Shown here piece after piece: positions 1 through 10,324 of a stretch of 64,000 bases of DNA. The position numbers and the translations under genes were made by a program. The stretch is from Hyphochytrium catenoides (Eukaryota > Protista > Hyphochytriomycota). The stretch covers positions 1-64,000 of the forward strand of contig FLMG01000308.1 in assembly GCA_900088475.1 (NCBI GenBank). The letters are read 5' to 3'. A model generated the notes under the pieces. That model worked only from the letters and a program-made list of their open reading frames with translations, had not been told where the DNA came from and ran no database searches. Numbering within the stretch: position 1 is the stretch's first letter; each line of letters begins with the position of its first letter.

Positions 1-510
1 CTCTCTCTCTCTCTCTCTCTCACACATCCTGTCTGTTCTCTCTCTGATCATGGCGGGAACGCCTTCTCCCCACTTTGAACCGCCGAACAGTGCCGCCAAG
101 TTTCCTCAGATCACCTTGTCAGTGTCAGAATTGATAATCAACGGGAGCCATAAATACAGTTATCAATGACCAGACCAGAGATGATGTGCCGGTCATTTAC
201 TTGTAATGCGGGGAGACAGAGCGCGAGACAGATCGAGATAGAGCGAGAGATACAGGCCAGAGCGAGGATTGAAGCGTCAGGAAGATGCGAGTGAGATGAT
301 GGAGACATGGAAGCTCGAGCTAGCACTTGATAAAGTTCTACGGGAGCGTGCACTAGAGATCTATTAGCAAGGACTCTTGGGGATCGGGAGGGATTGACGG
401 TCATAACTCTTAGCTCCCCACTCGTGCTGCTTCCATTACCGCGCATTCAACATAGCGGAGCGTAAAGGGCTTTCTCCGGCAGGGTTCCACCTCGTTGTGG
501 TCGAGGGTCC

Positions 511-2270
511 ATGGCGTCAGAAACAGCAGCTATAAGCCTGTCTCCAGTGCCAGCTGCCGCAGATAGTGAGGCATCCGAGGCGGCTGCTGCCGTAAGCCAG
601 GCACTTACCCAGGAAGGCGTGGCCGCGCCTGTGGCAGTTTCTGTCACAGTGCCACCGGCCGCTGAAGCGACTACGAGACTGACCTACGTCACTCTGCAGC
701 CTCAGATTTTCCATAGCGCAGTAGAGAAGGAGCCCCACAACCTGGCACCCGACGGCAGCCTCCGTATCCTGCATCTTAACGTAGCTGGCCTGCCTCCGTT
801 GATAAATCGCTCCCAACCCCTTGAGAGAGCAAAAGTTTTAGGCGAGAGGTTGTGCAAGGGAGAGTTTGACGTGCTTTGCTTCCAAGAAGTCTTCCATAAT
901 GGTGTGGAGAGCATCCTTTGTCAGGCGCTGAAGACGGCTTTCCCTTGGGTATGTGCACAAGTGCCCCAACGGATTGTGCTACGGCATTTCTCTTTTGCTG
1001 TGTCGCCTCGTGTTCTTCTTTTTCTACCCGTAGACTCTCTCTACGCTAGACCTCAAGGCCCAATCCTTGCACTCTCTCTCACTCTCTCTCTGTGTGTGTG
1101 TGTGTGCCTCCCCGCGCCTTCTCTCCTTGTACATCCGCTTTTTGTCTCTAGTAGTCCGTCCTCTGACACACTCGTACTGCGCTCTTTAGATCGTAACCCC
1201 TCCCATGACAAGGAAGAAGCGACTAGGCCTGGTAGTGAACTCTGGAGTGATGATCGCTTCAAGGTTCCCTATTAAAGAAGCCAAGTTCCTGCCTTACACG
1301 GGCTGCATTGGTGCTGATGCGTGGGCTAATAAAGGTGCCGCTAGAAGATAGCCTCTCTTCATCCTTGCGTCTCTCTGCCTCCCGTTTCCTAGCCTTTCCT
1401 ATCCGTAGAGCGTCCGTTAGTATGTGCTGTTCAGTCTAATGGCTTTGATACAGGCGTTCTATCGGCAAAGATCGAGCTTCCCAATGGAAAAGAGCTGTAC
1501 GTTCTCAATACACATGTACAATCAGACCCAGACCCATCTCCGCCATGGTGGGGCGTCAAAGACGGGACTCGAAGGGCGTACAAGGCAAGGGAAGAGAACT
1601 TCAAGCAGCTCCAGCTCTTCACTAAAGAGCTCGTGGCTGCAGAGGACTTGGTAAGCAAGCTTAGCTATCTGGCTCCACCGTACAGGTACAAACGTTATTT
1701 CTCTTGTCATTGCCAGCCTGTAGTCGTATGTGGAGATATGAATGAGGAGCAGGACCGGCCCAACCGCTACCCGGACCGTCCAAACCTGATGGACGTCCTC
1801 ATAGATTTTGAGGATGTCTTCCGATCCCTGCATAGCCTAGAAACGGACAAGGGGTAACAGTCTCCGCAACTCATATTCTCTCACCGTTAAAGGGAAGTAA
1901 TTGACGATACTTTGCGGATCCTCCGTGTTGCCATTAGTTACACAGTGACCGACGCTGAGAACAATCTGACTCCTGTGAGACCGTACGAGACTGACGTAGG
2001 GAACAAGAAGCGAATAGACTATATGCTAGTCCATAAAACAGGTACATCGACTAGGTAGCGACTTCATACTGCTTTTCAATGATCCTTTTGACTGAACTCT
2101 TTTCTCCCTTTTTGCCAGCTGGGGGCGGAAGGAATGTCATAGACATTCGGGACTGTCTGGTAGAAAAGCTAGCCTATCAAGATACAGAAGGGAAGCCACT
2201 GCGAACTCCGGATGGGAAGCTTCGCTGCTTGTCAGATCACTATGGAGTCAGCATGCGCCTCAAGCTGTAG
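511..2270 (+). CDS. Endonuclease/exonuclease/phosphatase (EEP) family protein, neutral sphingomyelinase-like; about 5 exons
   Basis: The spliced model gives LRILHLNV, DVLCFQEVF, NSGVMIASRFPI, GADAWANKG/VL, NTHVQ, VVCGDMN, KRIDYML and LSDHYGV, the full catalytic motif set of nSMase/EEP enzymes. GT-AG introns lie near 948-1188, 1334-1453, 1853-1937 and 2042-2118. Confidence 0.85.
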
Positions 2271-2421
2271 CAGACGGATATTGCAGACTGATCTGCATCC
2301 TATCTGACCCACTAAGTTATTGTACACTAGGCCAGGAGCCTAGGAAGACACAGCCTTTTGGCACTTTTTGGCGCTTCCTTTTCCTCCTGTGAACGGATAT
2401 GTCTGCTGCGCGTTTGCGGCG

Positions 2422-4882
2422 TTACGGCTCATCATGACGCTGTCGTCTCCGTTTTTGCTTCTTGGGACGTGCTCTGCTTGCTTGCTCTGGCGTAAAGACG
2501 TCACCGAGGTAGTACGAGAACGGAATGCACTGCATCTTCTCCTTCACTTCCTCAGAAGGCGGATCTGCGAGGCAGAGGTTGCTTAGTAAAAGTGACCGTG
2601 GCAGACACAATAGAAATATCATGGGAGGAAGAGACACTGCCCTTACCCTTCTTTAAGTCTTTCTCAGTTAACTCCACGCTGCATTTCTCCAAAAATTGTT
2701 CATCGTCCGCCCTATCAGTCAAAGCTCAGAGTTGCAGGCATCTCGCCTAGAGTAGCCGTTGCTCGCTTAACGTGCTTACCAGCTGGCAAAGAGTCGCCGC
2801 CGGTCCTTAGTGCTTTTCTTCTTTGAAGCACGTTTTCCGGCGAGGTCTTTGCCCTCAAACACGTGTCCAGCCCTAGAGCAGGGTACAGACTCTACACGAC
2901 CCCAGCACCGCCAGCTCCGAATAGCAAACTCTAGTAGTTCCACGGTGTTCTATGAAAAGCGGGTCACGATCGCCTGAAAAGCAAACCGCGAGGAGTTTTA
3001 CAGCGGGTTCCTACCTTGAATGACGTACTGACAGAGGCGATATCCATGAAGCGTTTCTTCGTCATTGCTAATAGTCCGCCTACCCGCAGAGAGTTTCTTA
3101 GGAATATCAAGTAGGAAGACCCTTTAATGTCGCTCTGCCGTACATAGACCCGATACCTGTGAGAGACGGGCTTCCCTGGCTCTCGCATTCACTGAGAGTC
3201 AAGTCCTCGGGCGGCAGCCACTCAGACGCTAGGTCACAATTGAAGGCGAGCCGACCGACTCCCAGCGCTTGATATCGGCGATCTTCTCTCGTTAGTTGGT
3301 CCATGAACGGCTGTAACACACACTTCTCACACTGCAGACATGGATATATAGGTGAATGAAGGGCCTGTCAGTCTTATCTCGCATGCTATGAGAGCACCAT
3401 GTCGCCAATTACCTGAGCCAACCGAGAGAGAATCGGCTCAACCCATCCTCGATTCACTTCCGTAGCTGAGTCCATAAACACGAGAACGTTGCCTGTGGCT
3501 TCTACCGCACCCATGACCTCAGCGCTCAATGGGAGATCTCGCTCTGTCCGGGTGACTATTTTCAGTTTGTCAACTGCGCCACAAATGGTGTCAGAGAAGC
3601 AGGCAGAGAACAGAAGAGAGAGAGGCAGAATCTAAGAGAGAGAGAGAAAGAACATGAAGGAGGACGTAAGAAAGATAATGAGAGGTAGTAAGCAACCAGA
3701 ACCCTTACAGCGAAGGCGCGCGATGTAGACAAGTAGAGAGTCGACACTCAGTTGCGTATCTGCGACGTCAACAACCAGGATGATCTCTTTCAAAACCTTG
3801 TCCGGCGTGCGTTGAAGCGCTGTGAAGACGGTACGCCTGCCAACAGCTGATCAGCTTGATGGTAGAAGGGGAAGGATATCTTGTGCAAGTAGGAGAGACT
3901 GAGCCGGAGCTCAAAAGTGAGCGATATCGCTTACGAGTGAAGGAGCGCTACTTTTAGAGAGAGAGAGCTCTTGGCATGTGTACAGAGGATTATGGATAAG
4001 AGGGAGAAAGCAAGGAGCCCAAAAGAGAGAGAGAGAGAAAGAGACACGAAACTTGAGCCAATATGAGAACCATGTCTCCCAGACCGACCGCAGTGAGTAT
4101 AGAAAGAGGGTGGTGGACCAACCTAAACACCTCTGGATTGGTGTCACCGATGGGGATGACGATGGAGACAGACTTCAGCGCTGAGGGAACGACATGCAAC
4201 ATCTCCCGGCAGCACGCTGGCCGAGTATCTTCTGGGAAGCCCAGCTCACCAAAGAATGGGTCAGGATATCTCTGTCCATTTGTCAGTTATTACTAGGAGT
4301 AGGCGCAACGAGGAGATTTCTAATCACTGCACTTACCAATGTGTCAAGGGCAAGCATGCCAAAGACGGTCTCATCGGCTTGTGAATCTAGATTCTGCGCC
4401 ACTTGCAGCAAGCTACTATCGTCCTCCGCTATCTCGCCCTCGGAGATAAGGGGAAGCGACATGGATCCCAGGTTGTTGCCTGGCTCTAGCCGCTGTCCCT
4501 TCGGCTTTCCCTTCGAGATGTCTAAGGGATCATCAGCTCCCCGCTCACCGTCCGAATCTTCACTCTGCAGCTCGGGCGACAAACCTCGGGACAGAGAGGG
4601 GAGGCTGGGAAAGGGTAGAGAAGCTGGAAGACCAAATCTCGACTGCCCAAGGAGGATGCGCAGCTGGCTGCCGATGAGTGTGAGCGCGATCGCAACGAGA
4701 GTGAAGAAGAGACAGAAGTTCCTTGGACGAAGCGGGACCGAGAGGTGACACTGCCCACCAGACCGTGCCAGTTTCTCCATCCTCGCATGATAGAGCCCTG
4801 GGGCAGCGGGAGAGCCTAGGGGTGGAGCCTCCACCCTTGAAGGCTCATTAGGGCTCAGCGACAGCGGCTTCCTCGCAATCAT
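2422..4882 (-). CDS. Polypeptide N-acetylgalactosaminyltransferase-like (GT27/GT-A fold) type II membrane protein; degenerate active site, no lectin domain
   Basis: N-terminal TM FCLFFTLVAIALTLI. Exons encode VSIVIPIG, RRTVFTALQRTPDKVLKEIILVVD, GAVEATGNVLVFMDSATEVNRGWVEPIL, VGGLLAM, ELLEFAIRSWRCWGRVESVPCSRAGHVF and KMQCIPFSYYLGDVFTPE, collinear with ppGalNAc-T catalytic-domain motifs. Confidence 0.8.
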
Positions 4883-5782
4883 CACGGAGGCCCTATCACC
4901 GCTTGTGTCTTATACCTACTTCCTCTCTGTCTCTTACCACTGCCACTATGATCTCTCAAGCTCAACTACCTGTCCAAGACAGCACCGGGCGCTGTTGAGC
5001 TCTACCTCCTCAGCTTCTAATTCCGGCCCCAGGGAGGAGCCAGGACGATGGAGAGCTTCCAGGAGAAGGCTGGAGGTTGGATGCTGGAGGCTATGTTGGC
5101 GGTGTGGGAGGAGGAAGGAAGGGGAGGGAGGGCGAACAGGCAGCGCACAAAAGGAACACACCTCAACCTTCGGCCAACCTATTCCCGATACTAAGCAAGC
5201 TGCTGACATTATCTGGAATGATACCCTAGGAAGTCAAGTATTATTCCTCATACTGTCGATGAACTTCAAGGTGGCGTTAGCCGCTATCTCTGCGTCAGCT
5301 TGCCATCATCAGCTCATCGACCAGGCGGCGCTTGACACACTCTGATTGACAGGTAGACGCTTGCGCCGCTTTTGGTCACCTCTGTGGCCTTTAGTCTTCA
5401 ATGTGGTGATTGCGGCGGCCATCACAGAGTTAGACAGAGACTGGGGAGGTTCGCCGTGCTGTTGCTTTCACTGCCTTATGTTGGCCGTCTTCTTCAAGTG
5501 CTGGTGGTAGCCAGGGCTCACAGTCCAGTACTTTGCCTCTCCCCTCCGTAGTAGCTGCTTTCTCCTGGCTGTAGGGGCAGAACAGCTAGGGCGTCAGTAA
5601 CGTTTGAGACAATGGGTAGATGCGGGTTATGTTTAGCCTTGATCAGCTTCTCAGCAGGCAGGAGCAGAAAACGTTATTTTATCTGTTTATATAGAGGTGG
5701 TTAATAAAGGTTGAGCTATCGGCCACGACTCATCTGGCCGTCAGCCACACATAGACAGCAAGGCTAAGACAGCTACCGCCCC

Positions 5783-8700
5783 TTAGGGCTCAGCGTGAAA
5801 AGTCTTAGAGCCGCGTTTGTACTTTGCCTTTGCCTCCTTTGACTTGAGATGCAACACGGTCAGCACCTTGTCAGTCTTCTCATAGGTCTCAGCAACCCCA
5901 AAGGAGGCCCACAGATGCATGAGGCCAGCAATGATCAGCAATATGCCGGAGAAGAAGGAAGGAATAGAAAAGAAGGCAAAGCAGGCTAGAGGAAGGTAGA
6001 GCAACCCGCGAACAAAGGCCAGAAATCCCGGCTTTGTAGGGCCACACCAGAACTCCATAGATCCGATCAGTCCGCCCAGAAGGATCGAATAGATCCCGAC
6101 TTCATAGTCTCCATAAACGGCAGAGGGATAAGGAGGGCCTCTCCACTGTCGGTCGGGCTTACCCTTGACCAGCGCTAGGTCGCAGCTGCCAGAGACCAGA
6201 AGCGCCACAGCCGTGGCGATCGCCCACCAGTAGGCAATACCCTGCAGAAGCAATAGACGTTCAGCAATACACATTGTAGACCAGGCTTGCACTGTCTTCT
6301 CACCTCAACTCTTCGTGACTGCTCCACACGTTTCGGATCTAATTTCACAGTCAATGCGGAGCGTTTTGGCACGCTCTGCTTTCTTGACGGCGCCTCAGTA
6401 GCCATGCCTTGCTCTACGATGGGATTGGTCTCCACGACAGGCATCTCGTTGACCTCTTCCAGATGGTTTGCTGGTACGTAGCCGCGCTGTTCCGATTCGT
6501 TTTGCACGTACCACCAGCCCTTGTTTAGAACAAAGCCTTGGAGAAGCTGTCCCTCACGAACTGACAGCTCCTCTGAGCCTTGTGCTTCAAAGTTGAACAA
6601 TGTAATGAGCTACAAATGAGTAGACGAGAAAGAGCGAAGGTTTAGGTATTCTGGTACCGGTTAAATGCCCAGAGAAAGAGAGACTTACAGTGGCATTCCG
6701 AGGGGTAGGATTGGTCCCTGAAGCAGTGACTGCAATATGGCTAGCATCAATCGCCGTCTTCTGTCCCTCAACAAGCTTGCTTTTATCTGCTTGGCTTGCT
6801 GTCATCTTAGACCTAGCAGAGTCCTTAGCACTGCGCGCCAAGAGCTTCTTATAGGTACGATAGAAGAAGGTAACGACCCCGCTCAGCGCCAATAGGTCAA
6901 TAATGGTCAGACTCCAGCCGATACAGAGCTTTAGTCCGGGACCTCGGCAGACACCTCCGCTCTCAGGCGAGGAGCCAGCTGGTTGATCTGGGTCGTCACG
7001 GTATTCCACTGTGAGAGCTGGGGCACGAGTAACTAGCTGTGATGAGCAGTCAATGCCTCCGGGTGCGCAGCTAGAACTGCCTGAAGGATAGACTGTGCAA
7101 GCATAATAGTCCCTCTGCCAAGTCCAGCAAGGAGGAGCAAAGTCTCCAGAAACCCATCCGGAAGACTCGAGGTTGCCTCTCAGACATGTGGAGATGCATG
7201 CGAGGTAAGTAGAGTTCATGTACACGGTAGTGCCGCTCATCATCAGGTAAGGGATCATGGGACCTCTCTCATATCCTCTGCACACAGCACAGAGATTCGG
7301 TGAGGAAACGGACTGGCAAGGAAGATAGAAACAAAGAACCGCTACGGGGGAGAGTGAGGTCTAGAATGGCTTGTGTCTTGATTGAGGAGAAGAACAAGAA
7401 GAGAGAGAGGGATACAGGAGAGAAAGAATGAACAAGTGGAAGGCAGAGCGAGAGAGAGAGAGAGNNNNNNNNNNNNNNNNNNNNNNNNNNNNNNNNNNNN
7501 NTCGAGACATAAGGATAATGCCTCCTTGAAGCTATAAACATCGAGGCAAGGTGCCTTACCTCTGCAGCGCCTGTAGAATAGCATCGAGGCTGGCTTCGGT
7601 GTTGATGGCTAGGGTCAGTATTTGTGGCCTCACAGCAGTCGTTGATGCCTGAGAAGCTTGAGGGACCAGCCGACGTCGTCGGTCGCGGCCGTTGAACTCC
7701 TTTCGCACGACAGGCAAGGAAACGGAAGTCTGAGAGACGTCAACTTGCAAGGGGCAGACACCACACTTATTTGTCAGCTTGACAGTGACGCAGCCGCTTT
7801 CAAGGTTGGCCCAGCTGCCTGTAACCTCCGGGGAACCCTGAACGACTGTAGGGGAGCAAGGTTGATAAACCTGACCTCCCGAAGTTTCAACTGCACAGAG
7901 ACCATAGCGGACATGTAAGTCCACATCTCCATTCCCAGTATGGTCCACCATCACATCCACAAGCATCCCACTGCCGCCGTCTAAAGAGGAGCAGCCATCG
8001 CCTTCTTCGACTGAGAGGAGAGAATGAAGAGGCGCAGAGAATGGATGGAGCAGTTGGTAAGATTCGTACCGCTGTCAGGAAATACCAGGTCAGGCACACA
8101 GAGCTGTCGGGATATTGCAAGGGGAAACTTCTAAAGGTTAGCTGGGTGCACTTACGTCTTCGGCTGCTTCTGAATTGATTGCCTGAAGCACAATTAGCCT
8201 TCACAGAGACCTGGAAATTTAGCTGCGAATCAGCCTCCCAGGCGCCCCAGAGGTTGCATTGTTTGTACTGGACAACTCCCTTTACCGGCAGTACATCGAT
8301 ACCTGGCTGTAAAGGGAGGTTGCTCATGCAGTGAAGTTCAGCCTTGGACGCACGAGGGTAAAGGACCATCGGCCCGCAAGGTGCACAATTATTGCCTCCG
8401 CAGTCCACTCCAACCTCGTCTTCGTCACGGATACCGTTCCAGCAGTGCCCATTGTCATTCTGACAGGATGAGTCATACTTTACCTGACTGACGGTCTTAT
8501 AATTGGCTAACGCGGTGGCGCTCGAAGAGCTCTTGGGCAGGGCCACAATGAGGTTGTCCATGTATGTGACGGGCACAAGGGACGTCGAGGTGGCATTGTA
8601 AGCAGTTCGGACAGTAATCTGGTCAGCTGGGACACTGATCCCATTATCCGCGAGATAAAGAGAGGTGGCAACGGGAATGGCCTTGGGGTCTTTCGGCAAA

Positions 8701-8804
8701 CCGAAGGCAGTGTTACCAATGGAGACGTGGAGAGTGCCAAAGGAGGTTGCCTGTGCAGTTGGAACTGCAAGGGCCCCAAGGACTGATAACACCACTAGGC
8801 GCAT
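5783..8804 (-). CDS. Multi-domain membrane protein: signal peptide, Cys-rich and PPC-like ectodomain, TM, SH3, p22phox (cytochrome b558 alpha)-like 4-TM domain
   Basis: Signal peptide MRLVVLSVLGALAVPTAQA. Ectodomain motifs CWNGIRDEDEVGVDCGGNNCAPC and GNGDVDLHVRYG. TM LCIGWSLTIIDLLALSGVVTFFY. SH3 LFNFEAQGSEELSVREG..GWWYVQ..RGYVPANHLE. The C-terminal module contains GIYSILLGGLIGSMEF and FVRGLLYLPL. Phase-0 GT-AG introns at 6610-6688 and 6242-6303 join the modules in frame. Upstream exon boundaries (7280-8250) are less certain. Confidence 0.75.
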
Positions 8805-9050
8805 GGCTCCTGCGCGGTAGATGCAGGCCACCGGCGTCTTGCACTTAACTGGAGAAAAGCCCGCCGCTTGAGTGAAGAATGAGTTATGAAGATGCGCGAG
8901 AGCTTCCACTGGACACGTGCCTGGCTCTTCAGTCTGTCTGTGTCGCTAGATTGTCAAGGACAGGATGCCTCCACCGTTTGGGGCAGGATACTTACTTCTA
9001 CCGAAGCGACATGGCAAACCTTGACGGGGAGAGAAGCTACAGCGCGCGCC

Positions 9051-9573
9051 CGAGAGAGAGAGAGAGGAAGAAAGAGAGAGAGGGAGAGAGGGAGAGGGGG
9101 AGGGGAGAGAGAGGGAGAGAGAGAGNNNNNNNNNNNNNNNNNNNNNNNNNNNNNNNNNNNNNCTGACAGCCGAAGAGGCAAAGCTATTATCTATAGATAG
9201 GGATAACACACAAATCGGACATTACCTTCAAAGGGCAAATACCCAATATCATTCCAAAGGTAATCGAGCCCTATTCCAGATATCTAACTTTAGAGTGTGA
9301 CGCATTCGGGATGTAAGAGCCTAAGCTGCCCTGATGTTGGTAATCAGTTTCCGGCAGTTTCTCTTCCTCCTAAAACTGCTCAAAGAGCTGCTAACGGTCT
9401 TCGAATCCCGTCTGCAAAAGACGGTTAACGGCTGTTTGGTATTTTTGGAAAGATTCGCGGAAAGGTTGGTCTGGGGTTTGTTTCTTTCGGAGTTGGGGTT
9501 TGTAACGCCTTTTGGAGAGAGGGAGAGAAAGGGGAAGCAGGAGGGACATACAGAGAGAGAGAGGGAGAGGGGA

Positions 9574-9604
<31 letters not shown>

Positions 9605-9639
9605 AAAGAGAGAGAGAAAAGAAAGAGAGAGAGAGGAAG

Positions 9640-9670
<31 letters not shown>

Positions 9671-9721
9671 GAAAGAGAGAGAGAGGGAGAAGAGAGAGGG
9701 AAGGGAGAGAGAGAGAGAGAG
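9051..9721. repeat. GA-rich microsatellite blocks (9051-9125 and 9515-9721) with an N gap
   Basis: Imperfect (GA)n runs flank the gap at 9126-9162. Confidence 0.9.
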
Positions 9722-10324
9722 GTGAAGGGCGCAACACTAAGAGAAGAGCGGACGGAGATGGACGGAAGAGAAAGAACGGAGGAGGGAGAAGAGGCGATGG
9801 CATCGTACCAGAAGCAAGCACACCGGAGAGAGAAGAGGGTCTCAAGTCTTCCCATAAAGGCTACTCAGGCGCTCACTTTAGGCGAGCGGGCTGACAACGA
9901 GGGCGGCCGGCTGCTGGGATGATGCTACCACCCGGAGCAGAAGCATCTCGTTCGACGCATTGTCAGCCACCTGTAAGATAGACCTCCCTTCTCTGTCGTC
10001 AAGGCGAATATGGTGATGCAGCTTCGCTGCTGAGCATTAGATCGCTGACTCAGCAGAGGGGCAAAGACGATTGAGATGACTCCTACGAGTGCCCAGGAGG
10101 ACGGCAACAACAACTGGGCAGCCCAAGATATATGACCATGAGGCCCCATTGTTGCTGCCATTAGGCAAGCAGAAGATCCTTGCTCCACTTGCGGCAGGCA
10201 ATCATTTGACTTGTCATCCTAGTTGCCATTCCCTCATCCGCTTGCTTCGAATAACAGCTTGGCCACAACCTACACGGCCTACTTTGCTGCTGCTAAACTT
10301 GGCGGTGAAGGGAAGATAGTGAAG

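Noticed and set aside
2770-2880. Suspected frameshift after GHVF in the GalNAc-T-like gene
   Set aside because: Recounting shows that GHVFEGKDLAGKRASKKKSTKDRRRLFASW is in one frame.
9321-9922. Long ERERER/LSLSLS ORFs (also at 27039-27621 and 59359-59680)
   Set aside because: These are translations of GA microsatellites and are open in several frames on both strands.
10150-10172. RFX X-box-like site upstream of MOK
   Set aside because: The match is imperfect, and RFX factors are not expected in the inferred lineage.
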